From a virus (lineage: Duplodnaviria; Caudoviricetes), in IMG/VR virus record IMGVR_UViG_3300049201_000004, positions 1-38,093 of that record: a stretch of 38,093 nt of DNA. One strand, 5' to 3'. The notes under the pieces are model-generated. The model did not search any database and was not told the origin of the DNA. It saw nothing but the letters and a program-made list of their open reading frames with translations. Of the stretch, positions 1-9,498 are shown one piece after another (the stretch's first letter is position 1; each line of letters opens with the position of its first letter). The translations under genes and the position numbers were made by a program.

Positions 1-776
1 GGAGTAGCCGTCAGTGCGGTTTCCATGTCGGAAGCCGCCATCTGGAAGTCCTGGATTGCGACAGTGCTGCGACCACCGAACTGGATGGTCGTGGCGCCAA
101 CGCGACCGAAGAAGCCATCGGTCGTGAACCACACGTCACCGTCGCTAGGAGCCATGGGTGGGAAACCCTGACCCAAGGTCACACCTGCGCCGGAACCTGA
201 GGAGCTCGGCAGCAGAACGTGCGTCGTGAATTCGGGACTGTCGATCGGAGCCTTCAGGTCTAGCGCTTGTTGCGTCAGATTAGAGATCGGCTTGTCCAAG
301 TCAGATGTGTTGTTCGCCTGATCGAGACCGACATCTGCTTTTGTGAAGGTATACCACGAAGCGTTGTAGTCCGCTCCGTCGTTCTTGCGAAGCAGCTGAC
401 CAGTGGAGCCTCCTGCCGGAAGTCCATTGGTCGAGGTGCCGCCACCGTATTGACCACGGACAGTTCCCAACCAGTTTGCTCCAGGCAGCTTGACCACGTC
501 GATCAAAGTGCGTGTGAACGGAGCAGTGTTGAGAGTGCTTGCACCATTGAACAGCAGCTTTCCATCCCAGTTGATACTGTGACCACCGATCGCGTCTTGC
601 GACACGATGATAAGGCCCGGCGTACCGAAAGGATAGTCAGTAGCGAAACCGGCGAACGTAAGGTCACCGGTCAGCTGGATGAGCGTCGACGGGGCTTCCT
701 TCTTGGTCCCGATGACGTATCCGGGAACGTAGACAGGAAGCGCACCGTAGCTGACGCCGCGAGTAAGTTGACCCAT
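1..776 (-). CDS. Tail fibre protein, 3'-truncated by the window edge
   Basis: ATG at 776 preceded by GAGAGGA; frame open to the window edge (MGQLTRGVSYGALPVYVPG...). Contains the common fibre motifs GLPAGGSTGQLLRK and KADVGLDQANNTSDLDKPISNLTQQALDLKAP. Absent from the ORF track because it is partial. Confidence 0.8.
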   Translation of the reverse strand, partial: MGQLTRGVSYGALPVYVPGYVIGTKKEAPSTLIQLTGDLTFAGFATDYPFGTPGLIIVSQDAIGGHSINWDGKLLFNGASTLNTAPFTRTLIDVVKLPGANWLGTVRGQYGGGTSTNGLPAGGSTGQLLRKNDGADYNASWYTFTKADVGLDQANNTSDLDKPISNLTQQALDLKAPIDSPEFTTHVLLPSSSGSGAGVTLGQGFPPMAPSDGDVWFTTDGFFGRVGATTIQFGGRSTVAIQDFQMAASDMETALTAT

Positions 777-790
777 GGGATCCTCTCTAG

Positions 791-3667
791 TTAAAACGGA
801 AGTGCACGTGTCACGTGAATGACGGCACTGGCATGCACCGTATCAAACCCCGTCACTGGAGCAGCGGTGTTCAGAGTCAGATGCATGATAGAAGTGTCGG
901 CCGTAAGAGTGACGAGGTCCAGGCTCCAGTTGGTAGTGTCCGCAGTAGCTCCCAGAACTTCCATGCGTTGACCCATCGGAGCGATAGAACCTGCCACAGT
1001 ACCACTCGGGTACATCATGGCGTCAATCGACCAAGCCTTGTGTTGCGTTGCGCTCGAGACGCTGACGTTTCCACGGATGCACCAGCAACTGTCCACCTTC
1101 ATGCCGTTGAGAGCAGAGGCAGCCAGACCATCAGTCGTGAGACGGAGATCGGCACCGGAGCCGTTGGCAGCCAACGTCAGAGTGAACGAAGTTCCCAGTT
1201 CGGCGCTGGTGGGATACACCAGAGCACTCTGTTGTGGGATCGTCTTGTTCTTGTTGCCGAAGACCACGAGGTCCTTGGTGGCCGTGACGTTCAGGTTGGA
1301 ACCGCCGATCACGACAACGCTGTCACCGGTAGCACCTGTGATATCCGTTGCTGCCAACATGACCGCGCGCTTACCCGATGCGCTCGCATCTTCCGATGCA
1401 AGTGCTATCGAGCGCTCACCACTCAGGTTCGATTGCTTGGAGCTGATGAGCACCGAGTTCTCAGCCGTGATGTCGCTGTCTGCACTGCCGATAGCCACCG
1501 AAGTGGAGCGGGTGACCTTGGTGTTCTTGCCACCGATGAGGACCGAGTCGTCCAGTGGATTGGTGCCGTCAGCTTCCAGTCGGTTGTCGATACCACCCAC
1601 TGCCACGACGTTCTCAGGACGGTCGCCAGTTGCACCACCTGCCAGAGCGATGAGGGTTCCGCTACCGCCCAGAATCTGCGAGTTGTCAGCGTCAATGCGA
1701 CCACCGTCTGCACCGATTGCAGCACTGCGGTCACCGTCAATGGACGTGAAGTCACCACCCAGAACCACCGACAGCTCACCCTTGACACGCGAGCGCAAGC
1801 CGATGGCAATGGAGTTCGCGTCCACCGGACGGATCTGCTTCGAATCCGTCTCGAACATATCGAGCACGATGCTATTGCTGCCGACCGCATTGACCTGTGA
1901 AGACGTCGATTGACCGATCAGCAGATCACCGTTCGCAACCTGAGTCAAGAGCGTGTACGGAGCAACCACTGCCAGCGTTGTAGGAACCGTCGTGCTCGTG
2001 ACCGTCAATACGATCTTGCCACGCACCAACGAGAAGACCACAGAAGCCGCCGATCCGACCACCGTAGTAGCCGAATTGTTGAGCGCCGTGATCAGAGAAG
2101 AGAACGTCTGCGCAGCCGAACCCATAACCAGCAAGGTATAGTCGGTGCCGTTGATATCGAGCGTGAGCGACGAAGTAGATGAGGTGTTCGGCAGACCAGT
2201 TGGCGTGCTTCCACCCGTACCGAACGCCAGAGGCCACACCAGAACCGCAGGAGCAGTCCATGCGCTGGCAACCGCTTGGTCACCAGGATAGATACGGATA
2301 CCGTCCGTCACTTGCACACGGCTCAGTTCGATTTCAGCCACCGGGCCCAGAACGTTGCCGTTCGGACTATAGTGCGGCAAGAAGTAGTCCTCAGCACGAC
2401 TGGTCGTGAAGGAATGCGAGACGTTACCGCCGCCCACTCCACCTGTTCCGTCTTGCGGAGCCACCAGATCCCACTCGGTTGCCGACTTGCGCACCAGTGC
2501 GAAGTTGATGGCCTTGCCTGCTTGCACCGTGACGGCCGTCACATTGTCCGGCTCGATGACGTTGCCGCCCGAACCTTGGATCGTTACTTCCGCAGGTCCG
2601 TTGATACGGAGCACCGACAGGCCTCCGATCGGATAGGTCGTCTGCGTGAGGGCCGGAACGCTGAACACGCAATCGGCGTTGATGTCGATGTAGGTGTCGT
2701 CGTCGGTAGCCAGCAGCAGATCAGTAGGCGTGGTGACCACACGAGTCTTCACGCGCGGGTACTGTGCGTTTGCATGCTCAGCCAACGTCAAGTGATACCG
2801 CTCTGTGGACGTGCCGCCCTGAATGCCTGCCAACGAATTGTGAGTGCCAGCGAAGCCGACCGTTGCATCCGGTCCTTGGATAATGAACTGATCACCGACT
2901 TCTGGCAACACCAGCATGTCGGTGTTCCACAGAACTGCGCCGCCAGTCGTCAGACCTGTGACCTTGCGGCAGTAGCCGCGCTGCTCGCCTGTGATGAACT
3001 GGATCACCAGATCGGTCAGAGTGCCGACGTATTCGGCGTTCAGCAGGTCATTGGACTGCAGACCTTGCGGACCGATGGAGTTGATCTCGCCTTGGAACCA
3101 GACGTGTGGCTTGCTGCTGAACGTCCATGCACCCGTCGGATCGCTGTAGGCCAAGAAACCTTGACCGACTTGCGGCGTTCCGTAGACGACGTAAGCGTTG
3201 TTGCCGTCCAGATGCGGAGGCACCAAGCTGTCCACACTGGAGACGCGCGGGTAGAAGTTCCGCGTGGCGCTGCTCACCACTTCGAAGGAGGCGAACCGCG
3301 ATCCCGGAGCGGTATCGACGAAGACGTCCAGACGATACTGGTTGTCCACATCACCAACGGTCTTGACGATCGGAATGACCTGAGCACCAACGCCGAAGAG
3401 CGTGGAACCCACGTACAGAGCGACTTCACCGAACGTAAAGGGTCCGACAGGACCCGGAATGAACACCGAATAGCGGAGCGTGTTCAGGTTGGCAATGCTC
3501 GGGCTGAACACTGCGTTTGTCGAGTAGACGAGCGAACCCTGCAGACCAGTAGGTTCGTTAGCTGGCACATAGTTGAACGCTGAACCGAAGTCCGAACGTG
3601 TGACTACCACGCCAGTTGGGTCCGCTTCGAGTAGAGCGCGACCTGCGGCAGTGATCTGGAAAAGCAT
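791..3667 (-). CDS. Long tail fibre / receptor-binding protein (958 aa)
   Basis: N-terminal baseplate-attachment-type domain (ITAAGRALL...GPFTFGEVALY); fibre motif HNSLAGIQGGTSTERYHLT; C-terminal ~15-aa S-x-x-I-G repeats resembling YadA-head beta-roll repeats. Confidence 0.8.
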   Translation of the reverse strand: MLFQITAAGRALLEADPTGVVVTRSDFGSAFNYVPANEPTGLQGSLVYSTNAVFSPSIANLNTLRYSVFIPGPVGPFTFGEVALYVGSTLFGVGAQVIPIVKTVGDVDNQYRLDVFVDTAPGSRFASFEVVSSATRNFYPRVSSVDSLVPPHLDGNNAYVVYGTPQVGQGFLAYSDPTGAWTFSSKPHVWFQGEINSIGPQGLQSNDLLNAEYVGTLTDLVIQFITGEQRGYCRKVTGLTTGGAVLWNTDMLVLPEVGDQFIIQGPDATVGFAGTHNSLAGIQGGTSTERYHLTLAEHANAQYPRVKTRVVTTPTDLLLATDDDTYIDINADCVFSVPALTQTTYPIGGLSVLRINGPAEVTIQGSGGNVIEPDNVTAVTVQAGKAINFALVRKSATEWDLVAPQDGTGGVGGGNVSHSFTTSRAEDYFLPHYSPNGNVLGPVAEIELSRVQVTDGIRIYPGDQAVASAWTAPAVLVWPLAFGTGGSTPTGLPNTSSTSSLTLDINGTDYTLLVMGSAAQTFSSLITALNNSATTVVGSAASVVFSLVRGKIVLTVTSTTVPTTLAVVAPYTLLTQVANGDLLIGQSTSSQVNAVGSNSIVLDMFETDSKQIRPVDANSIAIGLRSRVKGELSVVLGGDFTSIDGDRSAAIGADGGRIDADNSQILGGSGTLIALAGGATGDRPENVVAVGGIDNRLEADGTNPLDDSVLIGGKNTKVTRSTSVAIGSADSDITAENSVLISSKQSNLSGERSIALASEDASASGKRAVMLAATDITGATGDSVVVIGGSNLNVTATKDLVVFGNKNKTIPQQSALVYPTSAELGTSFTLTLAANGSGADLRLTTDGLAASALNGMKVDSCWCIRGNVSVSSATQHKAWSIDAMMYPSGTVAGSIAPMGQRMEVLGATADTTNWSLDLVTLTADTSIMHLTLNTAAPVTGFDTVHASAVIHVTRALPF

Positions 3668-3681
3668 GTGGAGATCTCTCT

Positions 3682-3704
3682 AAAAGACGGGGCCCGTAGG
3701 CCCC
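3682..3704 (-). terminator. Probable intrinsic terminator
   Basis: Minus strand GGGGCC-TACG-GGCCCC followed by GTCTTTT, between two fibre genes. Confidence 0.5.
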
Positions 3705-3715
3705 TCGGGTGAAGA

Positions 3716-5491
3716 TCAGAAGTTGCCGCCTGTGCTGACAGACGGAATTGGCTGAACCGGATCGAGGATCAGCGAGGAACTTGCGCGACGCAGATTCACA
3801 GTATGCGTCAGGCTGCCCGGAGTGGTGTACGAATAGCTGACCGAACCCACGATCTGGAGCTGGATGTCGATCAAGAATACGCCCGTCACGTTGTCGCGAC
3901 GCGAGTACACTCGATACCACAGAGTGGATGCCAACGGAGCAGAGAACACGCTCGCGCTATAGACCAGAGTGCCTGATCCCGACGGAGTAGCGTTCAAGAT
4001 ACCGTTGCCCGGCGTTCCGAAACCATTCGAGCTGAAGCATGCACCGCGATCGATGATGATGGAGCCGATCTGGTTGAAGAAGTTGTGCCACGCCGTGTAA
4101 AACACGTTGCTGTTACTGCTCGTGCTGGTGATGACCAGAGCACCGCCACTGTTCGCCTGACCGTTCAGTGCGTTGACGCCACCGAACTGGAAGTTGACGT
4201 TGAAGTCCACCAGATTCACGAACGGCAGAGTGCGAGTGCGAGTAGCGCCCGGAATGCCGACCATTTCCAGGAACGACGGGTTCACAGTGTTGCGGATCGC
4301 GTTCAGGCCCAAGATAGCTTTGCGATACTTGTCGTACAGTTCGGTCAGAGTAGCCACACCGGGAACCATCGGATTGGACGGACGTGCCACAAAGTCAGAA
4401 TTGACGATGTCACTCACTGGGATGCCACCAGAAGACGACCCTGTGACTGTGCTCAGCAAGTACATAAGACGACGCAGCGTGTCGCCGACTTTGCCCCATT
4501 GCGTGGCGCTTGGTCGGCTGAACAGCAATGGGATCGCCACTTCGTTGATGCCGGCGTTATCTCCTGGATAGCCCGCTCCTGTTGGAGCTGCCCAATAACG
4601 GTTCAGGTCAGTGACCAGAAGGTTGTATTCGTAGGCACTAGCGACAGGCAGACCAGAGCTCAGCGTGGTGCTGTCTTCCCAGATCGTGATGTGACCGACA
4701 GGTGCGACACCCAGTTGCGGGCTCCACTGCAGATCGGTAGGACCGGACTGACCGACCACGCGACGGATGGAACCATCGGGGAAGCGAGCCAGATACCGCG
4801 AATTGCTGGAGGGCAGTTCGAAGAACACGTTGGCGAGACCCGGGTGAGTCCATCCGTCCATGCTGGCGCTGGCACCACTGTCCGTCGTATTGCCTTCGAA
4901 GATCTTTCCATAGCCGATGGTGACCCATTCCAGATCACCTTCACGGACCACCAGAACACTGTCACCACTCACGTTTTGTTCGTGAACGATTGCAGCATTA
5001 GCACCCATCAGCTGATTGATAGGAGCAGCCAGCGATTGCCAGTTCGGCACCTCCAGCAGCGTCATGCTGTTGAGCACCGTGACCGTGACGATCACTGGAG
5101 CTTGTGCCAGCTTCATGCGTGCGTGAATGCGCCAGATATTGCCAGCCTGATTGCCGACAGCCCGGACCTTGTTCTGTAGTTCGGTAAACGTCAGCACCGC
5201 CAGCAACGTATTCGAGTTGCTGTACAGACCGATTTCACCGAAGTCAAAGGGACCGACAGTGTTGTCCATGACGAGCAACACATCCACTGTGTCCTCATCA
5301 ACTATGGAATACGTCTGTGGGATACCCGTGTACAGGACTGTGCCTACCAAGGCCTCCATGTCACGAGTCGGGGTGTAGTTGACACCGGAACCAACCCGGA
5401 ACGAGTTGATGTGGAAATAGGGACCGCTGGGGCTCGACGCACCGGCGTCAGCCAATCCAGCATCGGTCAAGAGAAAGCCTGAGTTGCTCAT
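3716..5491 (-). CDS. Baseplate-attached tail fibre / adaptor protein (591 aa)
   Basis: N-terminus LLTDAGLA...GPFDFGEIGLY resembles the P2 gpH / DUF3751-type attachment domain; follows the J-like and I-like genes. Confidence 0.7.
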   Translation of the reverse strand: MSNSGFLLTDAGLADAGASSPSGPYFHINSFRVGSGVNYTPTRDMEALVGTVLYTGIPQTYSIVDEDTVDVLLVMDNTVGPFDFGEIGLYSNSNTLLAVLTFTELQNKVRAVGNQAGNIWRIHARMKLAQAPVIVTVTVLNSMTLLEVPNWQSLAAPINQLMGANAAIVHEQNVSGDSVLVVREGDLEWVTIGYGKIFEGNTTDSGASASMDGWTHPGLANVFFELPSSNSRYLARFPDGSIRRVVGQSGPTDLQWSPQLGVAPVGHITIWEDSTTLSSGLPVASAYEYNLLVTDLNRYWAAPTGAGYPGDNAGINEVAIPLLFSRPSATQWGKVGDTLRRLMYLLSTVTGSSSGGIPVSDIVNSDFVARPSNPMVPGVATLTELYDKYRKAILGLNAIRNTVNPSFLEMVGIPGATRTRTLPFVNLVDFNVNFQFGGVNALNGQANSGGALVITSTSSNSNVFYTAWHNFFNQIGSIIIDRGACFSSNGFGTPGNGILNATPSGSGTLVYSASVFSAPLASTLWYRVYSRRDNVTGVFLIDIQLQIVGSVSYSYTTPGSLTHTVNLRRASSSLILDPVQPIPSVSTGGNF

Positions 5492-5519
5492 GGTGTTCTG
5501 TGCTCTTCGTGTATGAACT

Positions 5520-5530
5520 ATATCAAATTA
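5520..5530 (-). promoter_or_regulatory. Candidate late promoter motif TAATTTGATAT
   Basis: AT-rich 11-mer ~30 nt upstream of ATG 5491; identical copy at 21986-21996 and variant TATTTTGATG at 30238-30247. Confidence 0.5.
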
Positions 5531-6256
5531 CAGACTATCAATCGTCATGTCGATCACGAACAACGGATAGGCCACCACGATACGCGCGAGTTCGGGCTCG
5601 TCCACTGAGTGGATTGGCGTGTTACCGTCCAGGATAACCGTGTCAATTACGAGATTGTAGTTGGCAATGACATAGAACAAATTGACGAGCTTGGTGAAGC
5701 TCGGGTTGGCGAACTTGAACGGGTCAAATGCCAATTGAATATGTGCCGTCGGAAACCACGGACCGCCTTCCCACAGTGGAGCGCCGATGCCAGGATCGCC
5801 CTCCGGCAGCATGGGGCCGTAGTCGTCATACGTAGGACCTTGAGTGGACCACAAGGTCTTGATGTCGATCTGCGAGTTGAGAACAAAGCCCAAGAAGTCG
5901 GCGAAGTCGGGCTTACCCTTGCTGTACCAGAAGTGCGCCAGATTGCGCACGATTCGCTGATAGTCCTCGCTGGTAATCAGGTCGCTGTCTTGGAAATTGA
6001 AGCCCAGTTGACCAGCCTGTCGGATCAAGATCTCCTTCTCAGGAACCTCGAAATCTCCGATATCCAGGAGCTGGTGTGCCTCAATCTTATCGGCAGCGGC
6101 GCTGGCCTGAATCCACAGGTATCGCAGTTGGGACAGCCACACCGTGGGATCATCGATGGCACCGTTAAGCACCGAGTCGATGATCTTGATGAGGTCTTCC
6201 CAAACTGCGGAGTCCTCCATGTACGGAGGTAGCAATACGGAACGATCAATGGACAT
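5528..6256 (-). CDS. Baseplate wedge protein (P2 gpI-like position)
   Basis: Lies between the J-like gene and the fibre gene; LLPPY N-terminus and HFWYSKGK motif are typical of gpI-like proteins. Confidence 0.65.
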   Translation of the reverse strand: MSIDRSVLLPPYMEDSAVWEDLIKIIDSVLNGAIDDPTVWLSQLRYLWIQASAAADKIEAHQLLDIGDFEVPEKEILIRQAGQLGFNFQDSDLITSEDYQRIVRNLAHFWYSKGKPDFADFLGFVLNSQIDIKTLWSTQGPTYDDYGPMLPEGDPGIGAPLWEGGPWFPTAHIQLAFDPFKFANPSFTKLVNLFYVIANYNLVIDTVILDGNTPIHSVDEPELARIVVAYPLFVIDMTIDSL

Positions 6257-6263
6257 AGAAGCC

Positions 6264-7979
6264 TCAGCGCAGATTGCGGTTAGTGTAGACCATGTTCAGG
6301 CTCTTCGAATTGAGCTTCGGATAGTAGCTGGCGATGGTCGATTGTTGTGGCACGGTGCCTGTAGGAACGATGCTGCCGTCATCAACGAACGACTGGAACG
6401 GTTGACCATTCGGAGCCACTGGAGCGATGAGACCCATGGCGCTTGGAGTCGTGCGTCCGTACACCATATACATCGCAGGATTCGCAGCCATGGGCCATGT
6501 CACTGTGATCTTCTGGTTCGGCACCGTGGTCGTGATGGAGCGCCAGCGCGCGGGAGCAGCCATGCCTCCCAGAGTAGACGTCAGGCCTATGCCGTAGTCG
6601 TAGGTTCCGATCGGAAGGGTGCCCCCTGCACTTGCTACCAGAGTGGGATATCCCACGCTGAGGCCAGAAAGCACGATATCGACCGACGGACTACTCATCT
6701 CGATGTACTCGACATTCGAGTCTGCGTCGCGCATGGTCGCCAGAATGTCCGACAGGTACAGGTCCAAACCAATCGATCCTTGACGCAGTTCAAACAGCTT
6801 GTCTATGGCTGCTTCCACGTTGGCTTTGACAGCCGTCAGGTTCGAGTAGTTCTTGCAGCTGATGCGAGCACGCAGATCGATCAGAACCGGAACCGGGTCT
6901 TCACGATAGAACTGAGTGCTGTACATCGTGTTCTTGTTGAACCAGTCGCGGAAGGCGTCCCATTCCGGGTCACCCCACGGCGTGGTGGTCAACAGACACA
7001 CCTTCATGGAGTTCATCCACGTGAGAGCCTTGGGGTTGATTTCTCGTTGTGCCAACACGCGAGCATCGATCACGCCCGGATACTGGAGAGGCTTCTTCTT
7101 GTACTGATTGGCCGTGACCGAGGAATCGAACTCACCGAACAGAGCAGGCGTGACGTTCTTGTAGATGTTGTAGTCAGACTCGTTGGCACCTGCGATAGGA
7201 TTGCCGGTCGGGATGCCAGTCACATCGGGATTGCCCGACATGGTGATGGTCTGTCCTGACGTGATAATGTTGTTGCCGTTCAGGCCCAACGTCACGACAT
7301 ACGTGAACTCGCACAGGTTGTTGGTTCCAGGCTTGGATCCATACAGATCGTTGCCGAACAGGACAATGGCCTTGCCGTCGGGCAGAGTGAACTGCTGTAC
7401 TGCCGGTTCATCCTTGGCCGTCCACAGACCCTCGATCTGCACTGGAATGCTGACGTTGTCGATCTTAAGCAGAACGTCGGTGTTGCTGACTTGGAACGCT
7501 GCCTCTTCGGTCACGAAAGCCTGAAAGTCAGTGCCCAGACCGTACATACTGCGGACTTGGATCAACCCTTGGTAGAGGTTCACCGGAGTCGGCGTGGTGG
7601 ACAGAGTCAGTGCATCGCGATTGAACCACGAAGCGCCCGCACCCACGAACTGAGTGTAGGGAGGAATGGTCATTGCCGACGGAGCAGTCAGCGTCACAGG
7701 CAGACGAGCTGGAGTACGACGGTTGGTACGCACACCCGCAAAGTTGGAGGCTGCGTACAGAGCCTCAGCATTCTTGGCCGACATGGGCCAGACTTCCTGA
7801 TACGAGGACTCGATGGAGTATTGCGAGTAGGCGCCGATAGCCGCCACCATGTCGACAATCGTTTGACCCATCGAACTGGTGATTCGATCCTGCCACGTGC
7901 CTGGAAAACCGTCGGCGGCGGTCATCAACTGAGCACGAAGGGAAGCCCAGTCCGGTGCAATATTGGAGAGTTGGATCAT
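6264..7979 (-). CDS. Baseplate wedge subunit (baseplate J / T4 gp6-like, 571 aa)
   Basis: SSMGQTIVDMVAAIG, VLFGNDLYGSKP, GANES and SVTANQY motifs of the gp6/J family; follows the gp25-like gene. Confidence 0.85.
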   Translation of the reverse strand: MIQLSNIAPDWASLRAQLMTAADGFPGTWQDRITSSMGQTIVDMVAAIGAYSQYSIESSYQEVWPMSAKNAEALYAASNFAGVRTNRRTPARLPVTLTAPSAMTIPPYTQFVGAGASWFNRDALTLSTTPTPVNLYQGLIQVRSMYGLGTDFQAFVTEEAAFQVSNTDVLLKIDNVSIPVQIEGLWTAKDEPAVQQFTLPDGKAIVLFGNDLYGSKPGTNNLCEFTYVVTLGLNGNNIITSGQTITMSGNPDVTGIPTGNPIAGANESDYNIYKNVTPALFGEFDSSVTANQYKKKPLQYPGVIDARVLAQREINPKALTWMNSMKVCLLTTTPWGDPEWDAFRDWFNKNTMYSTQFYREDPVPVLIDLRARISCKNYSNLTAVKANVEAAIDKLFELRQGSIGLDLYLSDILATMRDADSNVEYIEMSSPSVDIVLSGLSVGYPTLVASAGGTLPIGTYDYGIGLTSTLGGMAAPARWRSITTTVPNQKITVTWPMAANPAMYMVYGRTTPSAMGLIAPVAPNGQPFQSFVDDGSIVPTGTVPQQSTIASYYPKLNSKSLNMVYTNRNLR

Positions 7980-7981
7980 GT

Positions 7982-8392
7982 TCAGGCTCGCGAGAAGGTT
8001 AGGCTGGCATCACCAGTTTGGTTGACGCCGACGATGGTGTAGTAGACACGAACACGGAAGCTATTGGTGTTCAGGTCGGGCTTGACGGTGGTGCGATTCA
8101 GGTCGATGGTGATACGTGGTTCCCAACGCTGAATGGCTTGGATCAGGAACAGGCGGATCTTGTTGGCTGTGATGTTGTCCGTGGGCTCATGGATCAGCTT
8201 GATGAGATTCGTGCCGTATTCGGGCTCACCGATCGGACCGCGCGCACCGACAGTGCAGCGGAAGAGGTTATACAGAGAGTTGTTGATCGCCTCCACATCA
8301 GGTAGCAGGTCGGGCTTACCGTTGATTTCCATCAACGTGTTGACGTCCAACCAGACTGCTTGACTGATCTGGTTCTGAGTGTTGATAGCCAT
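7982..8392 (-). CDS. gp25-like baseplate wedge / sheath initiator (136 aa)
   Basis: AINNSLYNLF..VGAR...PEYG...AIQRWEPRI is the GPW_gp25 signature. Start moved to ATG 8392 (MAINTQ) so that it does not overlap the PAAR gene. Confidence 0.9.
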   Translation of the reverse strand: MAINTQNQISQAVWLDVNTLMEINGKPDLLPDVEAINNSLYNLFRCTVGARGPIGEPEYGTNLIKLIHEPTDNITANKIRLFLIQAIQRWEPRITIDLNRTTVKPDLNTNSFRVRVYYTIVGVNQTGDASLTFSRA

Positions 8393-8394
8393 GG

Positions 8395-8652
8395 TTATTC
8401 CACAGAGGTGTCCGGACTGCCAGTGATGATGACGGCACCGCAGTCTGCAGTAGCCCCCACCGTTATGACGAGTCGATTGTTGACGAGAGTGTGAGTCGTG
8501 ATGGCGTTGATCGCTTGATGACCATGCTGCGCACAGTCCAGGATGTCCCCTTGTCGTGCGATACCCAGACCATTGCAAGTGCTGTCGCCGCTCGCAGTGA
8601 TGATGGTGCCACCATGACTGCCTTCATCGCCGAAACGTGCTACTGCGGTCAT
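8395..8652 (-). CDS. PAAR-repeat spike tip protein
   Basis: VARFGD..SHGG, IARQGD..DC..HG and DCGAVIITGS repeats with His/Cys metal ligands; directly follows the spike gene. Confidence 0.9.
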   Translation of the reverse strand: MTAVARFGDEGSHGGTIITASGDSTCNGLGIARQGDILDCAQHGHQAINAITTHTLVNNRLVITVGATADCGAVIITGSPDTSVE

Positions 8653-9491
8653 GGGTTGATCCTCACGTTCGGTCCCTTGATGGTAACTGTGCCTGCGGTG
8701 CTCGTGATGTTGATGTCGTTCTGCGCACTGAGACTCACCGAAGGACCAGTCATGCCAATGATCGGAGCATTGACGCTCACCATGGTGGCACTCGTAAGAC
8801 TAGCTGGTCCTTGCGCCAACATCGTCAGAGAGCCCTGAACCGTCGACGTCATGTTGCCTTGCACCGAGGTTGTCATATTGCCAGTCACGTTGGTGGTGCA
8901 GTTCCCTTGAATCGTGATGTTGACGTTGGCATCAGCAGTGATGGTCACATCATCCACGATATGCAGGTTCAACTTGGCCTTCAACTCACCGGTCACATCA
9001 TCGTCGATTGTGATACGTACCTTGGCAGTATCTCCCACGCTGATCTCGACACCAGCGTCGAGTTTCAGATAGGCCTGCGGATCAGCCGACTCCAACGTAT
9101 CGATGAAGAACAGGTTGCCGCGCGGGTCCTTGTGACCGTAGCGATACAGGTAGTTCGTCTGGCCCTCGGTGGGACGCTCATCAGTCTGGATGGGATACGC
9201 CTCGTACATAGGATACTGCGGGTTGCCGTCCTGGAAGAAGACAACGAGCTGGACGCCTTTACGTGGAGGCAAGTTGAAGTGGCCGAAGCCGTCGGTCCCA
9301 CCGGGTACACTGCCCGTGGAATTGCGCGCTACCCATGGCAGCGATTCGGCAGGACCTTCGAACATTTCCGGGATAGTGACCTTGACACGCTCGATCATGA
9401 GCGGATCATCATTCTCCACGACCGTACCCAGATACTTGCGTTGCTGCAAGTTGTTTGGGTCGGGAGTATCGCCAACGGTATCGAATGCCAT
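8649..9491 (-). CDS. Baseplate central spike (gp5/gpV-like)
   Basis: OB-fold motifs GTVVENDDP..RVKV.IP, LPW and VVFFQDGNPQYP; C-terminal 8-aa V-x-G-N beta-helix repeats. Confidence 0.9.
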   Translation of the reverse strand: MAFDTVGDTPDPNNLQQRKYLGTVVENDDPLMIERVKVTIPEMFEGPAESLPWVARNSTGSVPGGTDGFGHFNLPPRKGVQLVVFFQDGNPQYPMYEAYPIQTDERPTEGQTNYLYRYGHKDPRGNLFFIDTLESADPQAYLKLDAGVEISVGDTAKVRITIDDDVTGELKAKLNLHIVDDVTITADANVNITIQGNCTTNVTGNMTTSVQGNMTSTVQGSLTMLAQGPASLTSATMVSVNAPIIGMTGPSVSLSAQNDINITSTAGTVTIKGPNVRINP

Positions 9492-9498
9492 GATGTCC

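Noticed and set aside
1-5491. Diversity-generating retroelement or invertible fibre cassette
   Set aside because: No reverse transcriptase, invertase or near-identical nucleotide repeats seen by eye.
8393-8578. N-terminal extension of the gp25-like ORF
   Set aside because: Overlaps the PAAR gene in another frame; ATG 8392 gives a normal-sized protein.
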